This document shows, one piece after another, positions 40,267 through 50,278 of a stretch of 64,000 nt of DNA (positions are counted from its first letter, which is position 1; each line of letters begins with the position of its first letter). Source of the stretch: an uncultured delta proteobacterium (GTDB lineage Bacteria; Desulfobacterota; BSN033; UBA1163). The notes beneath the pieces were generated by a model. It saw nothing but the letters and a program-made list of their open reading frames with translations. It made no database searches and was not told the DNA's origin. Position numbers and translations under genes: made by a program. The stretch lies in assembly GCA_963827685.1 (NCBI GenBank), contig CAWHBU010000004.1:64001-128000 (forward strand), in the 5' to 3' direction.

Positions 40267-41478
40267 ATGAAATCCAAACGGGTTGTCATTACGGGATTGG
40301 GGATCTTCTGTTCGACCGGAAAGAATGTAGAGGAGTTTTGTCGCTCTTTAAAAGAGGGAAAAACGGGCATTGGATCGATCACTCTTTTTGACACTTCTAA
40401 ATATCCATGTAAAATCGGAGCGGAGATCAGAGATTATCGGTCAGAGGAATTCTTTAAGAAGAAAGAGCTGAAGAAGCTTTCGAGGGCAGACCAGTTTGGT
40501 CTCATCGCTTCTGAGGAGGCAGTGAGGGCCTCCGGGATTCATTCTTATCCTTCTGAAGAAGTGGGGGTCTGTCTCGGTGCAGGTGCCGGAGGAATGTTCG
40601 AGGCAGAGACCTATCACCGGGAAATCCTTGTCAAAGGAAGGTCCAAACCCTCTCTCATCTGGCCGTTCATACCAAGTTATACAACCGATCGTGTTGCGGA
40701 AAGATTCGAATTTTCAGGTCCGAAATTCACCGTCACGACGGCGTGCAGTTCATCGGCGACAGCCATTGGTTATGGAGCGGATCTCATCCGAAGCGGGAAA
40801 TCCAAAGCCGTTCTCTGCGGAGGGAGTGACGCACTGAGCGAACTCACATTTGGTGGGTTCAATTCTTTGAAGGCCACGGATCCTTCTCCCTGTAAGCCTT
40901 TCGATCGAAAGAGAGCCGGGATGTCTTTGGGCGAAGGAGCGGGCATCATCATTTTGGAGGATTTCGATGAAGCCATAAAAAGAGGCGCGAGGGTTTATGC
41001 TGAATTTTTAGGATATGGAATCGGAGGAGAGGCTTATCACATCACTGCCCCTGAACCATCTGGGATGAGGGAGGCTCGCATTATAAGGGAAGCCATGGAA
41101 GAGGGTGGGATACTTCCTACTGAGGTGGATTATATCAATGCCCATGGAACCGGCACACCGCTTAACGATAAAGTGGAAACGCTTTCCATAAAAAATGTTT
41201 TTGGTGAAAGGGCTTACTCGATTCCCGTCAGTTCCATAAAATCATCGGTAGGTCATTGTTTGGGTTCAGCAGGAGCCATCGAAGCGATTGCCTCGGTCCT
41301 CTCGATAATCCATCAATTCATTCCTCCTACCCTCAACCACCAAGTGGGAGATGCCGATTGTGATCTCGATTATGTTCCTGGGAAATCTCGTGAAGCAGAG
41401 GTGAGAGCTGTCCTCTCCAACTCCTTTGCCTTTGGCGGCAACTGCACCAGCCTGGTTTTTGGGAAATATTTTTTGTAG
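40267..41478 (+). CDS. fabF: Beta-ketoacyl-ACP synthase II family
   Basis: TACSSS, PFD..R.G..LGEGAG, NAHGTGT, KS.VGH.LG, SNSFAFGG. Confidence 0.88.
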   Translation: MKSKRVVITGLGIFCSTGKNVEEFCRSLKEGKTGIGSITLFDTSKYPCKIGAEIRDYRSEEFFKKKELKKLSRADQFGLIASEEAVRASGIHSYPSEEVGVCLGAGAGGMFEAETYHREILVKGRSKPSLIWPFIPSYTTDRVAERFEFSGPKFTVTTACSSSATAIGYGADLIRSGKSKAVLCGGSDALSELTFGGFNSLKATDPSPCKPFDRKRAGMSLGEGAGIIILEDFDEAIKRGARVYAEFLGYGIGGEAYHITAPEPSGMREARIIREAMEEGGILPTEVDYINAHGTGTPLNDKVETLSIKNVFGERAYSIPVSSIKSSVGHCLGSAGAIEAIASVLSIIHQFIPPTLNHQVGDADCDLDYVPGKSREAEVRAVLSNSFAFGGNCTSLVFGKYFL

Positions 41479-41576
41479 CGCCCTCATTTACTGGGGGCGA
41501 ATGTCGTCGGCAATACCTGCCTGCCGGCGGGCAGGAATGCCGACGCTACCTTTTTAATGATTAATCGGAGATCAAT

Positions 41577-42794
41577 ATGGACGGAGAAAAAATTCAATAT
41601 AGCAAAGACGGAAAGCTCATTGTTCCTGATGAACCGATCATTCCCTATATCGAAGGGGACGGGGTCGGGCCGGATATCTGGAGAGCATCCGTTAGGGTTT
41701 TCGATGGCGCCGTGAAGAAATGCTACGGAGTCAAGAGAAAGGTGCATTGGCTCGAAGTCTATGCGGGAGAAAAGGCATTTCAATTGAAAAAGGATTGGGC
41801 TCCCGAGGAAACGATCGAGGCGATTCGACAATACAAAATCGGCATTAAAGGTCCTTTGACAACCCCTGTAGGCGGAGGGATTCGAAGCATCAATGTATTA
41901 CTCCGGCAACAACTCGATCTCTATGCGTGCATTCGACCTGTGAAGTATCTTCCAGGCACACCGAGTCCATTAAAGCACCCGGAAAAAGTGGACATGGTTG
42001 TCTTTCGGGAGAACACGGAGGATGTCTACGCAGGGATAGAGTGGAAAGAAGGATCAGAGGAAGTATTGCGACTGAGGATGTTTCTTGAGAGAGAGATGGG
42101 GAAAAAGATTCGGGAGGATTCCGGGATCGGAATTAAGCCCATCAGTCGTTTTGGAACAAAACGCCTGGTTCGGATGGCCATTCAATATGCACTTGCTCAT
42201 GGCCGGAAGAGTGTCACATTGGTTCATAAAGGAAACATTATGAAGTTCACCGAGGGGGCGTTTCGTGATTGGGGATATGAGGTGGCCAAGGAAGAATTCG
42301 GCGATCGCATTCTATTGGAAAGTGAAATGGAGAAACGGGGAATAAAAAAAGTTCCCTCTGGGAAGATCGTAGTCAAGGATCGGATTGCCGATGCCATGTT
42401 TCAGCAAATTCTCTTAAGGCCTGAAGACTACGATGTGCTCGCTATGCCCAACCTTAACGGAGATTACATGTCCGATGCCTTAGCCGCCCAAGTGGGAGGC
42501 TTGGGCATGGCGCCTGGAGCAAACATTGGAGATCAGGCCGCTGTCTTTGAGGCCACCCATGGAACAGCGCCTAAGTATGCGAATAAAGATATGGTCAATC
42601 CTGGGTCTCTGATTCTCTCTGGAGCCATGATGTTCGACTATCTGGGCTGGAATGAGGCGGGGAAGAGGATCAAGAAATCTCTGGAAAAGGCGATTTCAAA
42701 GAAAACCGTCACGTATGATCTTGCTCGTCAGATGAAAGGCGCAAGGAAGCTTAAATGCTCTAAATTCGCCTCTGCGATCATTGAAAACCTTTGA
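41577..42794 (+). CDS. icd: NADP-dependent isocitrate dehydrogenase
   Basis: [43 protein letters not shown]. Confidence 0.96.
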   Translation: MDGEKIQYSKDGKLIVPDEPIIPYIEGDGVGPDIWRASVRVFDGAVKKCYGVKRKVHWLEVYAGEKAFQLKKDWAPEETIEAIRQYKIGIKGPLTTPVGGGIRSINVLLRQQLDLYACIRPVKYLPGTPSPLKHPEKVDMVVFRENTEDVYAGIEWKEGSEEVLRLRMFLEREMGKKIREDSGIGIKPISRFGTKRLVRMAIQYALAHGRKSVTLVHKGNIMKFTEGAFRDWGYEVAKEEFGDRILLESEMEKRGIKKVPSGKIVVKDRIADAMFQQILLRPEDYDVLAMPNLNGDYMSDALAAQVGGLGMAPGANIGDQAAVFEATHGTAPKYANKDMVNPGSLILSGAMMFDYLGWNEAGKRIKKSLEKAISKKTVTYDLARQMKGARKLKCSKFASAIIENL

Positions 42795-42895
42795 CAACCT
42801 TTCCGTTTTTAAATTATCATTAATAAATAAAAGGAGATTAATAGACAAATTATTCTTGCCCTCACTTTCTTCAAGCAAAAATGGGGGTTTTGATC

Positions 42896-43210
42896 ATGAC
42901 AGAGACAAAGAAAAAGAAGGAAACACCGGAAATAGATATTTATGAGGCCTGGTGCAAGGCGTGCGGGATTTGTGTGGCTTTCTGCCCGACAGGCGTTTTG
43001 GCCAAAGACGAAGCAGGTCATCCCTATGTGAAGGACATCGAGAAGTGTATTAACTGCGGATGGTGCGAGATCCGATGTCCGGACTTTGCCATTACTGTAG
43101 AAACAAAAACCAAGGGAAAAAAGAGGGTTAAAGTAAAAGGTGGAGAAGAAGAGCCAAAACCGAAGGAAGAAGAAGTCTCACCTGAAAGAATTGTTGCTCC
43201 AAGGCAATGA
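42896..43210 (+). CDS. korD: 2-oxoglutarate:ferredoxin oxidoreductase delta subunit (2x4Fe-4S)
   Basis: CKACGICVAFCP and CINCGWCEIRCPDFAI. Confidence 0.85.
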   Translation: MTETKKKKETPEIDIYEAWCKACGICVAFCPTGVLAKDEAGHPYVKDIEKCINCGWCEIRCPDFAITVETKTKGKKRVKVKGGEEEPKPKEEEVSPERIVAPRQ

Positions 43211-44309
43211 GGCCGTGGTGGAGGGAGCCCTCCAGGCAGGCTGTCGTTTCTTTGCGGGCTATCCGATTACTCCGGCCACGGAGATTTCTGAAATCTTATC
43301 CATAAAACTTCCTCAAGTAGATGGGACCTTCATCCAGATGGAAGATGAGATTGCGAGCTTGGGTGCGGTGATCGGCGCTTCTCTTGCAGGGGTGAAGTCC
43401 ATGACGGCAACCAGCGGCCCGGGATTTTCTTTGATGCAAGAGAACCTGGGCTTTGCCATCATCGCTGAAGTTCCCTGTGTCATCGTCAATGTCATGAGAG
43501 GAGGGCCCAGCACGGGACTTCCGACCTTTCCCTCTCAGAGTGATGTGATGCAGGCAAGATGGGGGACCCATGGAGATCACCCTGCCGTTGTGCTTTCTGC
43601 CTCAACGGTTCGTGAATGTTACGAAATGACGATCAAGTCCTTCAACCTTTCTGAAAAATTCCGAACGCCCGTTGTCCTTCTGATTGATGAAGTGGTCGCC
43701 CATATGCGGGAGAAGATGGTCCTTTCGGATGGAGAAGAAATAGAAATATATAATCGGGTCAAACCCACCGTTCCACCGGAATGGTACATCCCTTATGAAG
43801 ATACACCCGGCGGCGTCCCAGCTATGGCCAATTTTGGAGAGGGTTATCGATATCACGTCACAGGGCTCACTCATGATGTGAGAGGTTTTCCCACATCGAG
43901 ACCCGACGAGACCGGCCCCTTTATCGCCAGACTCCACCGGAAGATCAGTCAGCATTTTTCAGAGATTCAGATGGCTGAATCTTTTCAAACAGAAGATGCT
44001 GAGATCACGATCGTCGCCTATGGCTGTGTCGCCCGATCCGCCAAGAGAGCCGTGATTGAAGCGAGGGAGAAGGGGATCAAGGTAGGACTTCTGAAACTGC
44101 TGACCCTCTGGCCCTTTGCGCGATCTGCGGTGGAGAAAGTCCTTCAGACCTCGAAAATCCTGCTTGTCCCTGAGATGAATATGGGTCAGATCTCACGGGA
44201 GGTAAAACGGGTCAACCGAGGGGCCGCCAAGGTCTTCACCCTTAACAAAGTAGATGGAACGATCATCACCCCGGCAGAGATATTGAATCGAATCACGGAG
44301 GTTTCCTGA
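43140..44309 (+). CDS. korA: 2-oxoacid:ferredoxin oxidoreductase alpha subunit (start uncertain)
   Basis: GYPITPATE, QMEDEIAS, ATSGPGFSLM, RGGPSTG; follows icd. Confidence 0.9.
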   Translation: MEKKSQNRRKKKSHLKELLLQGNEAVVEGALQAGCRFFAGYPITPATEISEILSIKLPQVDGTFIQMEDEIASLGAVIGASLAGVKSMTATSGPGFSLMQENLGFAIIAEVPCVIVNVMRGGPSTGLPTFPSQSDVMQARWGTHGDHPAVVLSASTVRECYEMTIKSFNLSEKFRTPVVLLIDEVVAHMREKMVLSDGEEIEIYNRVKPTVPPEWYIPYEDTPGGVPAMANFGEGYRYHVTGLTHDVRGFPTSRPDETGPFIARLHRKISQHFSEIQMAESFQTEDAEITIVAYGCVARSAKRAVIEAREKGIKVGLLKLLTLWPFARSAVEKVLQTSKILLVPEMNMGQISREVKRVNRGAAKVFTLNKVDGTIITPAEILNRITEVS

Positions 44310-45148
44310 TGGGAGAGGTCACCAAGCTCATCCACAAATATCTTCGACATGACAAGAAATTTCCGCATGTCTGGTGTCCGGGCTGCGGGATCGGAATCAT
44401 GCTTGGCGCCCTCATCCGGGCAATCGATCGGATCGGTTTTGAAAAGGATGAGATCGTTTTAGTTTCAGGCATCGGATGTTCAGGAAGACTTCCCGTCTAC
44501 GTGGATTTTAATACGTTACATACCACTCATGGCCGTGCTCTCACTTTCGCAACGGGAGTAAAGCTGGCAAAGCCCAGCCTGAAAGTGATTGTGATCATGG
44601 GCGATGGCGATGCGGTGGCGATCGGTGGAAATCATTTCATTCATACGGCCCGAAGGAATATCGATGTCACCTCCATCATTCTCAACAACAGTATCTACGG
44701 GATGACCGGCGGGCAATACTCTCCCACCACCCCTTACGGAATGAAATCCTCAACCACCGTTTATTCCAATATCGAACAAGACTTCAAAATCTCAGAGTTA
44801 GCCGTCACAGCGGGAGCGGTCTTTGTGGGGAGGGGGACCGTCTATCAGGCTCGACTTTTAGACAGCTTGATCGAGAAGGCGATTTTGAAACCGGGTTTTT
44901 CCGTGGTGGAAGTGATCGCTCACTGCCACACCCAATACGGAAGGCAGAACCGTCTGGGGACAGCTGTCGAAATGATGGAGTGGCAACGAGATCATGCCGT
45001 CACCGTAGAGAAGGCAGCCACCATGAAATCCGAGGAGTTGCAAGATAGGATCGTGATTGGAGTGTTGGTGGATAAGGAGCTTCCGGTTTATCAGGACGAG
45101 TACGAGAAGATACGGGAACGAGCTAAAGGAACAGCGGTACAAAAATAG
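44309..45148 (+). CDS. korB: 2-oxoacid:ferredoxin oxidoreductase beta subunit
   Basis: WCPGCG, SGIGCS, GDGD, YGMTGGQYSPT. Confidence 0.92.
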   Translation: MGEVTKLIHKYLRHDKKFPHVWCPGCGIGIMLGALIRAIDRIGFEKDEIVLVSGIGCSGRLPVYVDFNTLHTTHGRALTFATGVKLAKPSLKVIVIMGDGDAVAIGGNHFIHTARRNIDVTSIILNNSIYGMTGGQYSPTTPYGMKSSTTVYSNIEQDFKISELAVTAGAVFVGRGTVYQARLLDSLIEKAILKPGFSVVEVIAHCHTQYGRQNRLGTAVEMMEWQRDHAVTVEKAATMKSEELQDRIVIGVLVDKELPVYQDEYEKIRERAKGTAVQK

Positions 45149-45344
45149 TAAATGCCAAGCTCCAAGCACCAAATAACAAATAAATTCAAAATTCCAAATT
45201 CAAAACAAAAACCTGTTTTGGTCATTGGAGATTGATATTTCGAAATTGTTTGGAATTTGGGTTTTGTGATTTGGGATTTGGATCTCACCCACGGAAGTGC
45301 AGGCTGACCAAGCCTGACAGAATTTTTTTAGGAGAGAAAAAAAG

Positions 45345-45947
45345 ATGGGGTATCGGTATGAGATCCGTCTGAGCGGTTCCGGAGGTCAGGGATTGATTCT
45401 GATGGGGATCATCTTAGCCGAAGCGATTGGAATTCATGACGGGAAATATGTTGCACAGACTCAGAGCTATGGGCCGGAGGCGAGAGGGGGATCCAGCAAA
45501 TCGGAAATCATCGTCAGCGATGGAGAGATCGATTACCCCAAAGCCATGAGCGTTGATCTCCTCTTGGCGATGAACCAAAAATCTTGCGACGAGTTTTACC
45601 CAGATCTCAAGCCGGATGGTTTGCTCATTGTGGATTCCACGTTCGTCACCCAGGTTCCCACTCCGAGGGCCTTTCAGATCCCCTTTACGCGTATTGCCAG
45701 GGAAAAGTTCAAAAGGGAGGTTGTCGCAAACATCATCGCCCTGGGAGCCCTGTCTCAATTAACTCCCGTCGTCTCTGCAAAAGCCATTGAATCTGCTGTC
45801 ATGGCACGGGTGCCCAAGGGCACAGAGAAATTGAACCGCGATGCTTTGAGGGCGGGGGTGAGTGCTGCCAAAAAGGCGAAGGAGGCATGGATGAAATCAG
45901 AAGTGCCTCTAGAGGTTCCCAAGGAAGACCTTCTGGATTCCTACTAA
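45345..45947 (+). CDS. korC: 2-oxoacid:ferredoxin oxidoreductase gamma subunit
   Basis: GSGGQG, QSYGPEARGG. Confidence 0.92.
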   Translation: MGYRYEIRLSGSGGQGLILMGIILAEAIGIHDGKYVAQTQSYGPEARGGSSKSEIIVSDGEIDYPKAMSVDLLLAMNQKSCDEFYPDLKPDGLLIVDSTFVTQVPTPRAFQIPFTRIAREKFKREVVANIIALGALSQLTPVVSAKAIESAVMARVPKGTEKLNRDALRAGVSAAKKAKEAWMKSEVPLEVPKEDLLDSY

Positions 45948-46295
45948 CCCCTAAAGGGGAATTTCAAATGGCAAATTTGAAAGTTCAAATAAATTATTAT
46001 TATTTTCAAGGCCAATTAGCCACCTACTAACCATGAAAGTTACCAGGCATCATCCTCCCCCTTGACGGGGGAGGATTGAGGTGGGGGTGGGCAAGAGATG
46101 TTCCCCCTCACCCTTCCTCTCTCCCCTGCCTTCGCCGAAGCGGCTTCGCGCAGGCAGGCGCCAAGGGGAGAGGGGAATAATTGGGGCCTTTCCCATATAA
46201 ATCCAAATGACTAAAGTTAAATTTGGAATTTGACATTTAGACTTCTAGATTTCAGTTGGCATTTGGGTTTTGAAATTTGACATTAACTTTTGGCA

Positions 46296-46913
46296 ATGAA
46301 AAGAAACTCTCTTGTCTATTCCGTGACCAAAAGCTTAGCCCAAATAGTCTTTTCCCTTTTTTACCGGATCGAGACCGAGTGGAAAACGGCTCTTCCTGAT
46401 CAGGGACCGGTGATCATTCTTCCCAAGCATCAATACTGGACGGATATTCCGATCATCAGTCTCGCCTTCAAGCCGCTGCTCTACTTTGTGGCCAAGAAGG
46501 AACTCTTCAAATTCCCATTGATTCGAGATTACCTCTCCCTTTTGGGCGGCCTCCCTGTGGACCGGAAACAATCCATTCGGACCTTAGACTCTTTCAAAAC
46601 GCTTGTCTCTTTGTTGAGAGCCGGTGAGAAGGTCGTCATCTTTCCGGAAGGAACCTACTTTCGAAATGAAGTAGGTTCAGGGAAAAGTCGGCTCCTTCAG
46701 ATGATTTTAAGGTTCCAATCGGAACTGGGATATCTCATTCCCTTCATTCCTGTAGGTATTCGATACGGAGAGAGAGCGGGATGGAGAAGGAGGGTGGAGG
46801 TGTACATTGGTTCTCCTCTCTTTGTAGAGAGGGATTCTGATGCCGCTCCCCTGACCCATCGAGCAATCGAAGAGATCAGTCGTTTATGTCGATTGCCGCT
46901 ATGTTCACAGTGA
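46296..46913 (+). CDS. Lysophospholipid acyltransferase (PlsC family)
   Basis: KHQYWTD, FVAKKELF, IFPEGT. Confidence 0.88.
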   Translation: MKRNSLVYSVTKSLAQIVFSLFYRIETEWKTALPDQGPVIILPKHQYWTDIPIISLAFKPLLYFVAKKELFKFPLIRDYLSLLGGLPVDRKQSIRTLDSFKTLVSLLRAGEKVVIFPEGTYFRNEVGSGKSRLLQMILRFQSELGYLIPFIPVGIRYGERAGWRRRVEVYIGSPLFVERDSDAAPLTHRAIEEISRLCRLPLCSQ

Positions 46914-47019
46914 ATTGCGGATTGCAGATTGCGGAATTCGGAATAAAAATTTAAAAATCTTTCGGTTCATTGATTCCGCACTCCGCATTCCGAAATCCGA
47001 ATTTGAAAAGGAGGTTATT

Positions 47020-47214
47020 ATGCCAAGACGAGAAAGGGATCGGGAACTGGCGAGGAGAAGAAAGCGGAGCAAGGAAAGAAGACGGCTCAAGGCCAAAGGA
47101 CTTTTGAAGCCGCCTGTTGGTGCTGTAAAAGAGGGTGAGAAGAAGAAGCCGGAGAAGAGACCGGCAAAAGAGACGCCGCAAGAGGTTGTAGAAAAACCTT
47201 CTACGGAGAGCTGA
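47020..47214 (+). CDS. Small basic conserved hypothetical protein
   Basis: AGGAGG RBS; MPRRERDRELARRRKRSKERRRLK. Confidence 0.7.
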   Translation: MPRRERDRELARRRKRSKERRRLKAKGLLKPPVGAVKEGEKKKPEKRPAKETPQEVVEKPSTES

Positions 47215-47255
47215 TCTTTTGTTGGAGTTTTTTCAACGATGCGGTGGATGTTCTT

Positions 47256-48104
47256 TTAGAGGTTTCGATAGACAAGGTTATCAATCAGTCTTGTCTTGCC
47301 CAGATAAGCGGCTAAAGCAACGACCACATCCCCTTCTATCCTGTCCACATCCTGTAAAGTGTGGGCGTCACAGACTTGGACATAATCAATTTTGACCAAG
47401 GGTTCAGACTGAAGGATTCCTTTCACCTCCTGAAGGATTCGATCTGCCTTTCTCTCTCCCTTTTGGAGGAGTCCTTTTGCCTTTTGCAGTGAACGATAAA
47501 GAGACAGTGCGGCTTTCCTCTCCTCGGGCAGGAGGTATGTGTTTCGAGAACTCATGGCCAAACCGTCCGCCTCCCGAACGGTCGGCAGTCCCACCACCTC
47601 CACACTCATATGAAGATCTCTGGCCATCTGTTGAATCGTGACCAGTTGTTGATAATCCTTCTCCCCAAAGATCGCCACATGAGGCATCACGATTTCGAAA
47701 AGCATCGTGACGACTGTGGTGACCCCCTGGAAGTGGGTCGGTCTGGACCTTCCGCAGAGGTTCTGAGTCACCTTTTCCACGCGAACGATCGTCTGATGAT
47801 TTGGGGGATACATCTCACTTGCCTCTGGAGCGAAAAGGACATCGACCCCCACTTCCTCCACCATCTTTCTGTCCCTTTCAAAATCTCTTGGGTAACTTTT
47901 GAAGTCTTCGCTCGGGCCAAATTGGGTAGGATTGACAAAAAGGCTGATGATGAGAAGATCTCCCCGTCTTCGGCCCTCCCGTATGAGGCTGAGATGGCCC
48001 TCGTGCAAAAAACCCATCGTGGGAACAAAGGCGATGGTCTTCCCAGCCCGTCTGGCTTGGGAAGAAAATTCTTTCATCTCTTCGATCGTCTTGATCACTT
48101 CCAT
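47256..48104 (-). CDS. panC: Pantoate-beta-alanine ligase
   Basis: VPTMGFLHEGH, FVNPTQF, RPTHFQGV, GEKDYQQ, AMSSRN, RLIDN. Confidence 0.96.
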   Translation of the reverse strand: MEVIKTIEEMKEFSSQARRAGKTIAFVPTMGFLHEGHLSLIREGRRRGDLLIISLFVNPTQFGPSEDFKSYPRDFERDRKMVEEVGVDVLFAPEASEMYPPNHQTIVRVEKVTQNLCGRSRPTHFQGVTTVVTMLFEIVMPHVAIFGEKDYQQLVTIQQMARDLHMSVEVVGLPTVREADGLAMSSRNTYLLPEERKAALSLYRSLQKAKGLLQKGERKADRILQEVKGILQSEPLVKIDYVQVCDAHTLQDVDRIEGDVVVALAAYLGKTRLIDNLVYRNL

Positions 48105-48191
48105 TTTTTTCAGACCGCGACGTATTATTTAGAGAGCCCTGAAAAACGACTAGAGGCTCTCTTCAGAGATTTCTGGCCTTCTTCCGAAATC

Positions 48192-48827
48192 TCATTTAGA
48201 CCTCATCGGGATGAAATACCATGTCCCCTTCTTCATCTGTTTGATCTCTCGAAGCAATTGGTCGAGATCTTCTTTTCGGTTTACGAAATCAATCTCGCTC
48301 GTATCGACAACTAAAAGTGGACTTTGATCATAGTGAAAGAAATAATAGTTGTAAGCTTCAATCAATGTCTTAAGATACTCTGAATTAATCGCTTTTTCAT
48401 AAGAGACACTCCTCGATTTGATCCGATGAAGTAATGCCTCGGGTTTAGCCTGCAAGAAGATGACCAGGTCTGGGGAAGAGATCTGTCCGTTGAGGAGGTG
48501 AAAGACCTGTTCGTAAAGGGCGAGCTCATGGTCATCTAAATTAATGGAGGCGAATATTCGGTCTTTATCAAAGAGGTAATCACAAAGGGTGATTTGGTTG
48601 AACAGATCGAGTTGGGCAATTTCCTTCTGCTGTTGGAAACGATTCAGTAAAAAGAAGATCTGGGTTTGAAAGGCGTATTTTCTACGATCCTCATAAAAAT
48701 GAGAGAGAAAAGGGTTCTCCTCCGCCTTTTCTAAAATACATCGGGCATTAAACTCCTTTGCCAAAAGTTTTGCCAGACTTGTTTTCCCTACACCGATCGG
48801 ACCTTCTATGACGATGTATCGGAACAT
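48192..48827 (-). CDS. Deoxynucleoside kinase
   Basis: IEGPIGVGKT, ENPFL..FY, FLLNRFQQ. Confidence 0.9.
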   Translation of the reverse strand: MFRYIVIEGPIGVGKTSLAKLLAKEFNARCILEKAEENPFLSHFYEDRRKYAFQTQIFFLLNRFQQQKEIAQLDLFNQITLCDYLFDKDRIFASINLDDHELALYEQVFHLLNGQISSPDLVIFLQAKPEALLHRIKSRSVSYEKAINSEYLKTLIEAYNYYFFHYDQSPLLVVDTSEIDFVNRKEDLDQLLREIKQMKKGTWYFIPMRSK

Positions 48828-49184
48828 GATGCCCTGCCGCTCCTGATGTTCCCTAACACAACCCGATTGGTTTGTCGAGATTTTATTAGTTTAACCTTAA
48901 TGTTGCATTGAAAAGGCGGTTGGGTGACCTTCCAAACCCTTACAAAACGGTTCTTTACCATTTTTTATGGGTAACATGCTATACCACCTAAGGTGGCTTC
49001 TGTAATGTGCTTGGAGACATAGTAGCAAAATGCTAAAAGGTTCCGCTGTAAAGCTTTGGCGATAAATCGCCCGGAGATGTAGTTGTTTTTTTATTTTTTT
49101 GCCGGCCCAGCACACCCAACCGCCTTTGGAAACGTTTTTTATGCAACTGGAAGGTTAATACTTCCAGTCTTTCCTACTCTCTTC

Positions 49185-50051
49185 TCAGTCGTGCTCCCGA
49201 GGAGGATGTGACTCAAAGCTGTCCTTTTGTTGTTTCAGCTTATCTCCTAACTCTTTGGACCTTTGCGTCGCCGCGACTACCGCATCGATCAAGATTTTCC
49301 GCAAGCCTCCTTCTTCAAGTTTATAAAGCCCAGCAGCGGTGGTTCCGCCGGGAGAAGTCACCTTTTCACGGAGGAGGGCAGGATGTTCTCCCGTATCGGA
49401 AAGGAGTTTCACAGAGCCCGTCACCGTTTGAGTGACCAGCGTGAGGGCTTGAGCCCGGGTCAATCCCAGATGGACGCCCGCATCGGTTAAGGCTTCAATG
49501 ATCAAAAAGACATAAGCCGGACCGCTTCCGCTTAAGCCGGTGACTGTGTCCATCAGAGGTTCATGGATAATAATCGATCTCCCGACACAATCGAAGATGG
49601 CTTTGGCTAATTTGAGATCCTTCTCGGTGGCAAGATTTCCGGGGGCGATGGCAGAAGCGCCTTCTTGGACAAGGACGTTGATATTGGGCATAGCCCTGAT
49701 CAACCGAAGTTGTTTGCGAGCATACGTTTCGATCGCATAGAGAGGGACTCCCGCAGCGATCGAGATGAGGAGCTTGGAGGGATCTAAAGCATCTGCCATT
49801 TCTTCGATGACCTCCTTCATCGATTGTGGTTTGACGCAAAGGAGGAGGGGATCGCATTGGGAAGAGAGATGGTTGTTGTCAGAAGCCTTCTTGATCCCGT
49901 ACCTTTTTTGAATCAATTGGAGCCTCTTCCCATCCGGATCGAAGGCCATGATCTGCTCAGGAGCTGTAAATTTGGCTTTTAGCAGACCAGCGATTAAAGC
50001 CTCAGCCATGTTGCCTGTTCCAATAAAACCGATCGCTTTCCTTTTTTTCAT
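49185..50051 (-). CDS. proC: Pyrroline-5-carboxylate reductase
   Basis: GTGNMA, VKPQ, RAMPN, SGSGPAY, VTSPGGTT. Confidence 0.96.
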   Translation of the reverse strand: MKKRKAIGFIGTGNMAEALIAGLLKAKFTAPEQIMAFDPDGKRLQLIQKRYGIKKASDNNHLSSQCDPLLLCVKPQSMKEVIEEMADALDPSKLLISIAAGVPLYAIETYARKQLRLIRAMPNINVLVQEGASAIAPGNLATEKDLKLAKAIFDCVGRSIIIHEPLMDTVTGLSGSGPAYVFLIIEALTDAGVHLGLTRAQALTLVTQTVTGSVKLLSDTGEHPALLREKVTSPGGTTAAGLYKLEEGGLRKILIDAVVAATQRSKELGDKLKQQKDSFESHPPREHD

Positions 50052-50278
50052 ATTAAACTCCTCAAAATGTATTGAATTCTTTTTATCATACCCCCCCTTT
50101 TTTTTCTATTAAAATTTTACACAAATCCTTTCGGTTATTGTAAAATGGGTGTGGTGCGGCGGCGAGTAAGGAGCGAGACTTCGGCACGCCGCAAAAATCC
50201 CCTCCCTTTATTAAAGGGGGAAACGGGGGGATTGAAAATGATGAATTCTCCTGACGCAACGGAAAGGTGGTTTTTGCT

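Noticed and set aside
47610-48314. 234-aa plus-strand ORF
   Set aside because: Antisense shadow of panC and the deoxynucleoside kinase.
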